Part shown: positions 47,266-56,011 of the stretch, in pieces
How the letters are laid out: each line of letters begins with the position of its first letter
Position numbering within the stretch: the stretch's first letter is position 1
Source of the DNA: a virus
Lineage: Duplodnaviria; Heunggongvirae; Uroviricota; Caudoviricetes
Virus record (IMG/VR): IMGVR_UViG_3300046385_000126
Location: 1-64,000 of that record
DNA length: 64,000 nucleotides
Direction: 5' to 3' (one strand)
Notes under the pieces: generated by a model
Seen by the model: only the letters and a program-made list of their open reading frames with translations
What the model was told of the DNA's origin: nothing
The model's database searches: none
Position numbers and translations under genes: made by a program

Positions 47266-47344
47266 TGGCTCCGGATGTGGGGATCGAACCCACCTAATCA
47301 TTGATTAACAGTCAAGTCCTTGCACCATGCTTGGATTTTCCGGA
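47266..47344 (-). tRNA. tRNA with GUU anticodon (Asn-like, second copy, enlarged D-loop)
   Basis: Anticodon loop CTGTTAA. T-arm GTGGGTTCGATCCCCAC. 79 nt. Confidence 0.45.
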
Positions 47345-47349
47345 ATAAA

Positions 47350-47745
47350 ATTGGCCCCGTTTTTTTGTTGCTCTTACTGAGGTGGACGGGAGTTCCTCAG
47401 GTCAGTACGTACATACGCATTAAATTTGTAAGTTGTAGCGTCCCTCATATCGCTACCATTTTCCCTTGATATAAAGCCGGCAGGGTCAAGATACGTCACT
47501 TGGGTCTTGTCCAGTTTGTCCACCTTTAGAACTAGCACCTTTAGAGTGCTGGGATTCGAACCCAAAACCTTTTGCTGCACAATACCTTCGAAGTATATTG
47601 ATACAACGTGACTCCACTTGCTGACACTTACAAAACTGATTTGTAGCGGGCTCCACACATTGATTGAAGTTGCGCTTCGATGTTTAACGCCATTTAAGGT
47701 TCCGCAACACCCCTTACCCTAGCTCCAGGCTAAGACTACAAAACT
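47350..47745 (-). ncRNA. structured noncoding region of unknown function (no convincing ORF)
   Basis: Contains a T-arm-like GGGTTCGAATCCCAG (47545-47565) without a matching acceptor, plus hairpins such as CTGAGG...CCTCAG. The 94-aa ORF on the minus strand has no start context. Confidence 0.2.
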
Positions 47746-47828
47746 TGGTGCAGCCAGAGGACTCGAACCTCTGTGGCAACTAGTATACGATGCACAGGGC
47801 ATCTGCCTCCTCCATTACTGCATATAGG
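47746..47828 (-). tRNA. tRNA-like (83 nt), anticodon uncertain (CUG or other)
   Basis: T-arm AGAGGTTCGAGTCCTCT, CCA, acceptor GCAGTAA/TGGCTGC. The internal region folds ambiguously. Confidence 0.35.
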
Positions 47829-48082
47829 TTTTTGAGAGGCCAACTATCTTTCTCAAGGACTCGTCGGTTTGTCTCGAATGAGAGAGTTTAAACAACCTTA
47901 CACAATTCTACTGGTGTGTCATGCTCAAGGATAGGGCACTAGAATGTAAGGGACTCATCTCACCGTCTATCTCAAAATTTACGTGTCGTTACGGGTTTTT
48001 ACCGTACCTGAACCTTGTTCCACCGCTCGTTTAAAGACTTACATGGCGATCCCGTGCATTCTCATTACACTATGACAAAACT

Positions 48083-48158
48083 TGGTGCTCACGTCAGGCC
48101 TCGAACCTGATCCTCCGCGTTACGAGGGCGGCATACCACCAACTAATACTTCGCGAGC
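48083..48158 (-). tRNA. tRNA-Thr(CGU), tentative
   Basis: Acceptor GCTCGCG/CGTGAGC, anticodon loop CTCGTAA, T-arm TCAGGTTCGAGGCCTGA. Confidence 0.5.
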
Positions 48159-48232
48159 TAATACAACAGGTTAGTTTTTGCGGTTTCAATTACAAGTTGA
48201 ATGCTTTATGCTTGCTGAACCTAACCTAAAAC

Positions 48233-48308
48233 TGGTCTGAGTGGGGAATTCCGAGATCCCAACCTCCAGGTTCCAAACCCGGCCGTCTGCCTTTGACAAT
48301 ACACTCAG
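48233..48308 (-). tRNA. tRNA-Pro-like (UGG) with noncanonical T-loop
   Basis: Perfect acceptor CTGAGTG/CACTCAG. Anticodon arm CCGGG-TTTGGAA-CCTGG. T-loop TCTCGGAAT lacks TTC. Confidence 0.45.
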
Positions 48309-48315
48309 ATAAAAA

Positions 48316-48391
48316 TGGTCTCCGTACGAGGATTTGAACCTCGACCACATGACCCCAAATCACGGACGCTACCAGATTACGCCATACGGAG
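48316..48391 (-). tRNA. tRNA-Pro(UGG)
   Basis: Perfect acceptor, anticodon arm CGTGA-TTTGGGG-TCATG (G37), T-arm CGAGGTTCAAATCCTCG. Confidence 0.7.
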
Positions 48392-48400
48392 ATAAAAAAA

Positions 48401-48484
48401 TGGTGGAGACGGATGGATTTGAACCACCGTGCTGTTAAGAACAGATTTACAGTCTGCCGCAATCGACCTCTCTGCCACGTCTCC
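48401..48484 (-). tRNA. tRNA-Tyr(GUA), type II
   Basis: Anticodon arm GCAGA-CTGTAAA-TCTGT matches the bacterial Tyr pattern. 84 nt, perfect acceptor. Confidence 0.7.
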
Positions 48485-48489
48485 AAAAC

Positions 48490-48571
48490 TGGTGGATGAG
48501 GTAGGGATCGAACCTACTTGCCGAAGCCATGGGGTTACAGCCCACTGCCCTACCATTAGAGCATCTCATCC
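48490..48571 (-). tRNA. second GUA-anticodon tRNA (Tyr-like, type II)
   Basis: Anticodon arm GTGGG-CTGTAAC-CCCAT. Variable hairpin GGCTTCGGC. T-arm GTAGGTTCGATCCCTAC. Confidence 0.55.
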
Positions 48572-48648
48572 ATTATACAACAGGATCCGGTTTGCTTTTC
48601 ACAGCCAAAAGTGAAATATTTTGTGTTGCTGAAAGGATCCTAAAAATC

Positions 48649-48722
48649 TGGAGCGGGTAGGGAGAATCGAACTCCACTCAGCGCAGCTTGGAAGGCTGGC
48701 GTCTCACCTTGAGCTTACCCGC
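48649..48722 (-). tRNA. tRNA-Gly(UCC)
   Basis: Perfect acceptor GCGGGTA/TACCCGC, U73, anticodon loop CTTCCAA. Confidence 0.65.
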
Positions 48723-49094
48723 ATACCTTATTATAGTACATTTCCAAACAGGTGTCAACTGTTTGTAACCATTATCCACATCTTAATATAAGGAGCTACC
48801 AAATACCTCAATGGATCTTGATCCTATCTGGCTATGATAGACACTTTTGACAAAAATGCACTATAATAAGGTGTCTAGCTACTCGACCCATCGAGCCCTA
48901 GACTGAGTGGTTACCCTGTCCGTTGAGTTACCTTATGGAAAGTACTCACAACACCCACGATATTCTCAAGATCCCCATGTAAGCGGGGTTTGGGGCTACT
49001 GCCGCTAAGCAGATTCGAGATCGTGCGCGCCCAGGCTATTGTGGTATTGCCAATATACCCACTTTCGATAACGCTCAAAGTGTAAAGCGGGGTT
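48723..49094. other. noncoding spacer with internal direct repeats (GTAA(A)GCGGGGTTTGG at ~48980 and ~49082)
   Basis: No ORF of convincing length. The repeats immediately precede tRNA-Arg(ACG). Confidence 0.3.
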
Positions 49095-49172
49095 TGGTGC
49101 GTCCCGAGGAATTCGAATCCCCAACCTCACGGGTTCGTAGCCCGGTGCTCTATCCAGTTGAACTAGAGACGC
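49095..49172 (-). tRNA. tRNA-Arg(ACG)
   Basis: D-arm GTTCAACTGGATAGAGC, anticodon loop CTACGAA, T-loop TTCGAAT. Confidence 0.65.
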
Positions 49173-49179
49173 ATTATTC

Positions 49180-49254
49180 TGGTGGAATCACGGGGAATCG
49201 AACCCCGAACTGAAGCTTGCAAAGCTACTGCGTTCCCAATTACGCCATAACCCC
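49180..49254 (-). tRNA. tRNA-Ala(UGC)
   Basis: GGGGTTA start with a G3·U70 wobble. Anticodon arm GTAGC-TTTGCAA-GCTTC. Confidence 0.65.
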
Positions 49255-49303
49255 AAAGTGACTAGTATCTTATCCTATTATACGCGACTAGTCAACGCGA
49301 AGA

Positions 49304-49381
49304 TGGTGCCCACGGTCGGATTCGAACCGACACTGTTCGGCTTCTAAGACCGTTGTCTCCTACCAATTGCACTACGTGGGC
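49304..49381 (-). tRNA. tRNA-Leu(UAG), short-variable-arm type with atypical D-arm
   Basis: Perfect acceptor GCCCACG/CGTGGGC, A73. D region GTGCAATTGGTAGGAGAC parallels the other two Leu-anticodon genes. Anticodon loop CTTAGAA. Confidence 0.55.
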
Positions 49382-49533
49382 TTAATCAACAGAATCCGCT
49401 TTTTTTCATTAACAGTGAAATTTTTAAATTGCTGAATGGATTCTAAAACTTAATATTCTTGACTTATCAGAACGGTTAGTCTACCGGTTGAATTCTCGAC
49501 TCTGATTGTGATTCAACAGACCATGTTGAATCT

Positions 49534-49608
49534 TGGTACCCGCGGACAATTTCGAAATGTCGACTTATCCCTTATCAAGGGATTACTCTGCCTCTGAGTT
49601 ACGCGGGC
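49534..49608 (-). tRNA. tRNA-Ile(GAU)
   Basis: D-arm ACTCAGAGGCAGAGT, anticodon arm ATCCC-TTGATAA-GGGAT, T-arm GACATTTCGAAATTGTC. Confidence 0.7.
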
Positions 49609-49614
49609 AATGAT

Positions 49615-49689
49615 TGGCGGTTCCAAGGGGTAACGATCCCCTTCTTCATGCGTGACAGGCATGCGTGCGTCCGTGAACACTTTGAAACC
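49615..49689 (-). tRNA. tRNA-Asp(GUC) with unusual T-loop (ATCGTTA)
   Basis: Anticodon arm CATGC-CTGTCAC-GCATG is perfect. In the T-loop positions 54 and 58 read A and T (swapped). Confidence 0.55.
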
Positions 49690-49693
49690 AAAT

Positions 49694-49771
49694 TGGAAGC
49701 TGGAGTCAGATTTGAACTGACGGTTTTACGGGTTTGCAATCCGTTGCCTTGGACCACTCGGCCATCCAGCC
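49694..49771 (-). tRNA. tRNA-Cys(GCA)
   Basis: D-arm GCCGAGTGGTCCAAGGC, anticodon loop TTGCAAA, U73, T-arm GTCAGTTCAAATCTGAC. Confidence 0.65.
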
Positions 49772-50106
49772 ATAAAAATTAACCATTAATTGTATCCTCT
49801 GCACTATTTGCCTATCCTCAACACGCTTTACTGCAGTCTTACGGTTTATCGAATAGGTTACATAACGAATGATCAGTCCTCTGGGCTTACAAAGGACACA
49901 ATTAATGGTACACCGTACGGGTAACGATCCCGTCTAATCACCTTGAAAGGGTGGTGACCTCACCTGAAGTCGAACGGTGTACAATTTTTACCATCTACAA
50001 ATTTTAAAAGAACAATGATTGATTTCTCAATCGATGCGTCAATTGTCTCTTAAATAAAACAACTAGTCAACATCTTTTTTTGCTATCCTGAGATCAAAAT
50101 AGTCTT

Positions 50107-50150
50107 AAATAAAAAAACCCCGGTATCTTTCGAGACCGGGGTTCCTTATT
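50107..50150. terminator. bidirectional rho-independent terminator
   Basis: AAAAAAACCCCGGTATCTTTCGAGACCGGGGTTCCTTATTT. The GC stem is flanked by an A-run and a T-run. Confidence 0.6.
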
Positions 50151-50905
50151 TAAAGCCACTAAGAGCTAGATTTAGGTTCCCCGCGTACATCCCCAATCAA
50201 TAAAGCATGAGCGTGCCGCCAAGCTATTATAGCTCGGTTGCTCAAGTTTTACTGTAATTGTCGAATGTAGGTTCATTTGTTTGTTTGAAGAAAAATCTGT
50301 TACGTCAAGTATATATCTAAACGACAACGCATGACAACAGATTTTTAAAAATAATTTTGGTTGGTTATTCTGTTACGAGGAAACCAACCGAAACCCTAGT
50401 CAGCGTTTAGGCTGCCAATGCGAACTTTTCATCGTTTGCGTTTACTTTGTTTTGCTTCTTCGGCCGGGAAACCCCAACCCTACGGTTTTCACATTACCGT
50501 GCTGTCCACTCTGTTACTCTTTGCCCTGTCGAATCCATTTCACCCCCATCAGAAGCATTATCTGGTCTATATCTGGCAACCAACCCTTAATTGTGATAAT
50601 GCTTTTGGTGGAGGTGGGGGTTTCGAAACCCCGTCCAGAACACTTTTCTCTTTGCTTCATACAGCAATAAGTGTATATAGTACTTCATATACACGACGAA
50701 GACAACAGGATCAATCTTACTTTTCTCAAAGTATTTACATGAATGCCTAAATACCTTTTCAAGATAGGTTACCAACCTACTATAGGTACTACCAGCCGCC
50801 ACTCATAGCGGACTGTATACTACTTTTGTTAAAAGTCAACAGCTTTCTTTGTTGACAACTCGTTGTTGTTGTGGTACGATAACGTTTTATTCATTTCCAC
50901 AAATT

Positions 50906-51409
50906 ATGAACAAAGTCAAACACTCAATGTTTGGTGTATTCTTAACTCTACTAATGTACTGTGGTGGGGTAAACATATATCAAACAAACACTCAGGTCAG
51001 TGAGCCTATTCGTGTTTCTGAAAAGGAACTGAAGTGTCTTACGGACAACGTATATTACGAAGCAGGTAATCAGCCTGTGGAAGGTAAGCTAGCAGTTGCG
51101 TTTGTAACTCTTAACCGTGTGTTCGCAAATGGATTCCCTTCAAGCATATGCGGTGTAGTATACCAACGCAAGGTGTATTCTACATGTCAGTTCTCTTGGG
51201 TATGTCAAAAGCCAAACCGCTTTGAAGCAAAGCATCATGAAGAAGCAAAGACAGTTGCCAAAGCTGTTTTAAACGGGTACAATGGCCAACTTAAAGATCC
51301 TACAAACGGAGCTTTGTTTTTCCACGCACATTATGTGAAGCCAAAATGGCGGCACCATTTTGTTAAGACGGCACACATTGCCGATCATATTTTTTATAGG
51401 CCAACATGA
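50906..51409 (+). CDS. SleB-like cell wall hydrolase
   Basis: Signal/TM N-terminus then CLTDNVYYEAGNQPVEGKLAVAFVTLNRV, typical of the spore-cortex-lytic (Hydrolase_2) fold. Confidence 0.6.
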   Translation: MNKVKHSMFGVFLTLLMYCGGVNIYQTNTQVSEPIRVSEKELKCLTDNVYYEAGNQPVEGKLAVAFVTLNRVFANGFPSSICGVVYQRKVYSTCQFSWVCQKPNRFEAKHHEEAKTVAKAVLNGYNGQLKDPTNGALFFHAHYVKPKWRHHFVKTAHIADHIFYRPT

Positions 51410-51642
51410 CAGAATTCACCCCAGTCAAAACACTAAAGGACTTCCAGCGCGAAGTTGAGCAGCTTGCATATGAAAAGCGAATTGAATTCATGGATGCTGT
51501 GATCCTGTACTGTGAGTTGACCGGTATGGAGATTGAAGCGGCAGGTAGTCTAATCAAAACAAGCGCAAAAATGAAAGCTCGTATCCAAGACGAAGCTGAA
51601 CAGTTGAACTATTTTCCCAAAACTGATAAACTACCTATTTGA
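51406..51642 (+). CDS. hypothetical protein
   Basis: 78 aa, coupled. Confidence 0.4.
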   Translation: MTEFTPVKTLKDFQREVEQLAYEKRIEFMDAVILYCELTGMEIEAAGSLIKTSAKMKARIQDEAEQLNYFPKTDKLPI

Positions 51643-52247
51643 TGATTTTAAGAATGGATGCCTTTGAAGCGTACAAACACTATCTTGCTTTGAAGAGTCA
51701 TTTTACGTCCAAGACGTATGACTACTTTAAGTACAATGGTGCTGTACGGGCTAAACGTGAGTCGTTCGAGCAACGACGTGACAAATACTTCTTTCAGAAG
51801 TTAGCAAAGCACAAAGACTTGACCAACTTTCTTGTTTCCATTTTTGTTTATGGAAAGAAGGATATATGGGTCGGGGACCTTTTAAACAATGAACATACAG
51901 AGCAGCTGTATCAACGCTGGCAGCGGGTGAAGCAGTCTATGACGTATGTTTTCATGAGTGATCTGGAAAAGTTTAATGATGACTTGCTGAGTAGCTTTGT
52001 GGTAGAGGATGGACAACATCCCCACGCCCTCAAGCTGTTATTGCAAGATGAGATCCAGATCGAAACGTTCATTATTCTGAATGATATCATGCGGTTCACG
52101 CCAGCATGGAATCGTCAGATCAATGACACCATTGTTTGGCCTGAAATCAGACAGCGGTGCAAGAAGTATCATCCATTCATGGAGTACGACAAAGAAAAAT
52201 GCAAAAAAGTTCTTGTTGACCACTTCCATCTGAATGAGGTAAGATAA
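51639..52247 (+). CDS. gp59-like helicase loading protein
   Basis: RRDKYFFQKLAKHKDLTNFLVSIFVYGKKDIWVGD matches the conserved core of T4 gene 59 protein as I recall it. Confidence 0.65.
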   Translation: MMILRMDAFEAYKHYLALKSHFTSKTYDYFKYNGAVRAKRESFEQRRDKYFFQKLAKHKDLTNFLVSIFVYGKKDIWVGDLLNNEHTEQLYQRWQRVKQSMTYVFMSDLEKFNDDLLSSFVVEDGQHPHALKLLLQDEIQIETFIILNDIMRFTPAWNRQINDTIVWPEIRQRCKKYHPFMEYDKEKCKKVLVDHFHLNEVR

Positions 52248-52315
52248 ATACCTGGTTCGTTATGATACCGTGGATACAAACATACATTTAATACAATCTA
52301 TACAAGGAATACGAT

Positions 52316-53251
52316 ATGTCAATTGACTTCTCCTCTCTGAAAAAGAGCAGCTCTTCTTCTCTGTCTAAGCTCAACGACGAGCTGACCAAACTCTCCACTC
52401 CCCAATCTTCTAAGCCGTCTGACGACGATCGCTTCTGGCGTCCCGAAGTAGATAAAGCTGGTAACGGTTATGCTGTTATTCGCTTTCTGCCTCAGCCTGC
52501 CGGTGAAGATGTGCCGTTTGTTCGCTTGTTCGATCATGCATTCAAGAGCGCTTCCGGCCAATGGCTGATCGATGGTTGCTTGACTTCCATCGGTGAAAAG
52601 TGCCCTGTGTGTGAGCACAACAGTGAGTTGTGGGCGACAGGTACTAAAGACAATCAAGCTCAGGTTCGTAACCAAAAGCGTAAGCTGTCTTTCATTAGCA
52701 ACATCTACGTTGTTAAGGATCCTGCTCATCCAGAAAATGAAGGTAAGGTGTTCTTGTTCAAGTTCGGTAAAAAGATCTTCGATAAGCTGAATGCTGCGAT
52801 GAATCCCGAATTCGAAGATGAACAACCTCTGAACCCATTCGATTTGTGGGCTGGTGCTAACTTCAAGTTGAAGATCCGTAAGGTTGAAGGCTACCAGAAC
52901 TACGACAAGTCAGAATTCGAATCCCCAGCTGCATTGCTGACGGACGATGATGAATTGGAAAGCGTATGGAAGCAGGAATATCCTCTGGTCACTTTCCTGG
53001 ATCGTAAGAACTACAAGTCCTACGACGAAGTGAAGTCTCGCCTGAATAAGGTGCTTGGTTTGGAAGGCTCTAGCCGTCCTTCTCAAGCAGCAGAACGCCA
53101 ATCCGCTTGGGATGATGAAGCAGATTCTGCTCCGCCACCACGCGCATCAGCAAAGCCTGCTAAAGCAGCTCCTCGAGCAGAAGCTGCACCTTCTTGGGAT
53201 GATCAAGAGGATGACGATCTCGCAATGTTCCAGCGACTAGCTAACGATTAA
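52316..53251 (+). CDS. gp32-like single-stranded DNA-binding protein
   Basis: DKAGNGYAVIRFLP, CPVCEH Zn site and VVKDPAHPENEGKVFLFKFGKKIFDKLN match T4 gp32 blocks. Acidic C-terminus. Confidence 0.8.
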   Translation: MSIDFSSLKKSSSSSLSKLNDELTKLSTPQSSKPSDDDRFWRPEVDKAGNGYAVIRFLPQPAGEDVPFVRLFDHAFKSASGQWLIDGCLTSIGEKCPVCEHNSELWATGTKDNQAQVRNQKRKLSFISNIYVVKDPAHPENEGKVFLFKFGKKIFDKLNAAMNPEFEDEQPLNPFDLWAGANFKLKIRKVEGYQNYDKSEFESPAALLTDDDELESVWKQEYPLVTFLDRKNYKSYDEVKSRLNKVLGLEGSSRPSQAAERQSAWDDEADSAPPPRASAKPAKAAPRAEAAPSWDDQEDDDLAMFQRLAND

Positions 53252-55119
53252 GCAGCCGCCACGAACGTAACGTTCTGATCTAGCGATCCCCTGTCAGCGA
53301 TTGGCGAGGGGATCGCCCTACGTCCGGCTACCTGGTTTCCGCCACTCGTATTGTTGTTAACGATGGTTGTATTGCCAGCAGATACAGGTGTAGATTGTGC
53401 GGCAGCAACCTGTGTACTCTGTGTAGCAACCTGTGCACCTGTGTTTGGCGCAGCACCGACTACTGTACCAGAAGGAGCACCTAGTCTACTTGCTAGTGTT
53501 TGCTCAAAACTACCAACCTTCAATCTGGCTAGTTCGGGATTGTTAGATGTAGGGTCTCTATGTCCAGCCTTTACAAGAGCTTGGGCGACCGTAATGTCTT
53601 CGCCTCTCTTGGCTGCCTGGTTAACAGCAATAGCTCCACCGGCACCGATGTAGTGAGCCATGTACATATTACCTGGTGTAGGAGCAACGCCAGCACCCTG
53701 CAAAGTATTTTTGTTCTGTTGTTGGAGGATGTCATTCATCTTCTCTTGGTTGGCAGGTGAGAACTTATCGTTCATACTCAATCCTGCTTTTTCAACCAAA
53801 CCACCTTTACCGAACAATGTGTTAGGCATGAACTGATACTTACCTACAGCACCTGTTCCTTGTTTTTGGAAGTTACGAGTCGTTTGGAATCGCTGTACTT
53901 CTGCAAGTGTCATTTCGGAAAGGCTTTTACCGCCAAACTCTTTAGCGGTAACCAAACCAATACTGTTGGAAATTTCACCAGACTGTTTATCAGCTCTATC
54001 CCCGAACGCTACATCATAGTTGTTACCAGACTCTGCAGCTCCGATACCACCTGTACCGCTTACACCAGGACGCATCCCAGGTACTGGCTTGGCATCATAG
54101 ACAGGTGCAAGACCGTTAGCGATAGCAACTTGGTTTTCAATTGTGTCAGCATCAGGTGTGTTGACTTCGTTTCCATTAGAATCCAAATATGTGCGCTGGC
54201 TACCTCTTCCAGCACCTGCAGTAGAAAGACTCTTTGGTATAATAGGAGCTGGAATTTTAACTGGCTTCTTGTCAGGAATGACTTCGCCAACAGTCTCTAG
54301 GTACTTTTTACGCAGTGCTGGTGAGCATTTGTCTATAATGTAGTATAGATCTGCTTCTGGTGAAAATTCACGGATAAAGGCAGCGGCTTGAGCGCCGTTC
54401 CATTTTTCCTTTATCAATACGCTCATGATGTCATCAGCGACACCCTGTGTAATAGTTGATCTAGCCTTTAAAGCTTCGCGCTGGTTCATTGCCCCCGCTT
54501 CACGAAGATTCGTCGCTTCTCCGCGTCTTACACGGTTAATAGGAGCACTTCTTGCACTAGGATCTTCCAACCCTCTATTGGCAAGGAACTTAGCAACTGC
54601 AGCCAGCACACCCGTCACTAGACCACCAACAACAAGAGGACTCGATAACGCTCTGATTAAACCAGCTCCTCTTGCCGCATCTCCAAGCAGCCCACCTTCT
54701 TTGTTGCCGCCTGCTATCTTTTCAAGTGTTGCTTCTTCGCTTATTGCTTGCTCACGAGACTTTGCAATTCTCATGTCACGTCGTGTTTGTTCCATCGACG
54801 TTAATTGTGCATTCAATATACCAGCAATGTTGTAGAGATTATCGGATACATTCTGAGCAATGATCTCTACTCTCATCATAGTAGCTGCCATTTGCTGTTG
54901 GGTTTGCAGAACAGTTGCACCCATCATTCCACGTTGATCAACCTTACCAAACATCTTTTCTGACGTGGATTGCATAACACGTCCAACAAGACTACCACCA
55001 AAAGCATTGCCGATTACTTGGTGGGATTTTTCAGCGGCGTATTCTTTAGCAACAGATTTAATAGACTCTGCTGTCTGTTTAATTACAGAGTTGTTGCCTT
55101 TGGTTTTTTTCGTGGCCAT
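53248..55119 (-). CDS. large virion/baseplate-associated protein (possibly hub / tail-length protein)
   Basis: 623 aa. Gly/Ala/Gln-rich, with no convincing catalytic motif. Sits in the morphogenesis block with gp4-like and baseplate genes. Confidence 0.5.
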   Translation of the reverse strand: MATKKTKGNNSVIKQTAESIKSVAKEYAAEKSHQVIGNAFGGSLVGRVMQSTSEKMFGKVDQRGMMGATVLQTQQQMAATMMRVEIIAQNVSDNLYNIAGILNAQLTSMEQTRRDMRIAKSREQAISEEATLEKIAGGNKEGGLLGDAARGAGLIRALSSPLVVGGLVTGVLAAVAKFLANRGLEDPSARSAPINRVRRGEATNLREAGAMNQREALKARSTITQGVADDIMSVLIKEKWNGAQAAAFIREFSPEADLYYIIDKCSPALRKKYLETVGEVIPDKKPVKIPAPIIPKSLSTAGAGRGSQRTYLDSNGNEVNTPDADTIENQVAIANGLAPVYDAKPVPGMRPGVSGTGGIGAAESGNNYDVAFGDRADKQSGEISNSIGLVTAKEFGGKSLSEMTLAEVQRFQTTRNFQKQGTGAVGKYQFMPNTLFGKGGLVEKAGLSMNDKFSPANQEKMNDILQQQNKNTLQGAGVAPTPGNMYMAHYIGAGGAIAVNQAAKRGEDITVAQALVKAGHRDPTSNNPELARLKVGSFEQTLASRLGAPSGTVVGAAPNTGAQVATQSTQVAAAQSTPVSAGNTTIVNNNTSGGNQVAGRRAIPSPIADRGSLDQNVTFVAAA

Positions 55120-55283
55120 TTAACTGTTTAGTCTTTGTTGTTCTTGTTCTAGGTAATCCTTGAGCATATCGACATACAAATCGCGTTCGTATGGGTACAT
55201 ATGTTCAATTTCAGTTAATGAGTATTTATGGTGCTGGATCAGGCTAAAACACAACGTATAGTAATTGGGCACACTATTGTGGT

Positions 55284-55994
55284 TTAGCCCAACGAGAAAA
55301 AATCTTGTAAGTTTCTTAGAACAATTTCACGTTGGTTGCCCAGCTTATTGACATACTCAATTTTATGTTCAATCTTTGGCATGTTGTCAAAGAATGCTTG
55401 AATCTTCTCAAATGTCTTAACATCTAAATCGTTGAGAAATTCTTCCATCTCTTTTGCGGTGTAGTCGGAGGCCTTAAAAACCTCATCAGATGTGTATACC
55501 TTATCTACACATTGCTTCATAAGCTCGAATGTGAAATCTGTCATGGTATCGACGTTACCCATCTTTTCTGTGACACCAATTTGAGGGTATTTCAACACGA
55601 TACCTAAATCATCGTTTACGGTGATTGTATTGGTAGTGTTTGTAGAAGATGTTACCTCGATATCTTCGAGATCAATATCAAATGAATATACTTCTTCATC
55701 CTCAGCATCGCGGTAGCTAAGTGTTACGATATTGTTAACAGACTTAGAGCGCAGCTTCAAAAAGAAATACTCAAGATCAAATGTGGTAAAAGATTCCACA
55801 TCCACTTTATCAGTGACGATACAATTGTTGATAACTTGTTTGATTGCGCGTAACGTCTCCGCCACATCATTAGCCGCTTGCGCAACAAGAAGAATCTTTT
55901 CTTCTTTGACTAAAAATGGACGATATGTAATCTGCTGCTGTGTTGATGGTAATGTCAATACAAAAGTTGGGTGTTCTAGTTTTGGTAGTCCCAC
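55284..55994 (-). CDS. virion morphogenesis protein (unassigned)
   Basis: 236 aa, acidic. Confidence 0.45.
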   Translation of the reverse strand: MGLPKLEHPTFVLTLPSTQQQITYRPFLVKEEKILLVAQAANDVAETLRAIKQVINNCIVTDKVDVESFTTFDLEYFFLKLRSKSVNNIVTLSYRDAEDEEVYSFDIDLEDIEVTSSTNTTNTITVNDDLGIVLKYPQIGVTEKMGNVDTMTDFTFELMKQCVDKVYTSDEVFKASDYTAKEMEEFLNDLDVKTFEKIQAFFDNMPKIEHKIEYVNKLGNQREIVLRNLQDFFSLG

Positions 55995-56011
55995 AATTCA
56001 CTCCTAATAAT

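Noticed and set aside
47374-47658. 94-aa minus-strand ORF inside the tRNA array
   Set aside because: Overlaps tRNA-like arms and a structured noncoding stretch. No start context. More likely RNA.
47350-47745. tmRNA (ssrA) gene
   Set aside because: T-arm-like segment present but no tag reading frame (…ALAA) and no acceptor pairing partner found.
44080-48660. Possibility that the repeated GTTTTAG... element is a CRISPR repeat
   Set aside because: The units between copies are tRNA genes of varied length, not uniform spacers. The motif is only ~20 nt and degenerate. No cas genes in the window.
50418-50802. ORFs of 110, 72 and 71 aa in the region upstream of the SleB-like gene
   Set aside because: The region is AT-rich intergenic sequence. 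It contains a palindrome (GGGGTTTCGAAACCCC) and promoter-like elements. Translations are low complexity.
53351-54835. Several plus-strand ORFs (100-146 aa) antisense to the 623-aa structural gene
   Set aside because: Ala/Pro-rich translations typical of antisense frames of a Gly/Ala-rich gene.
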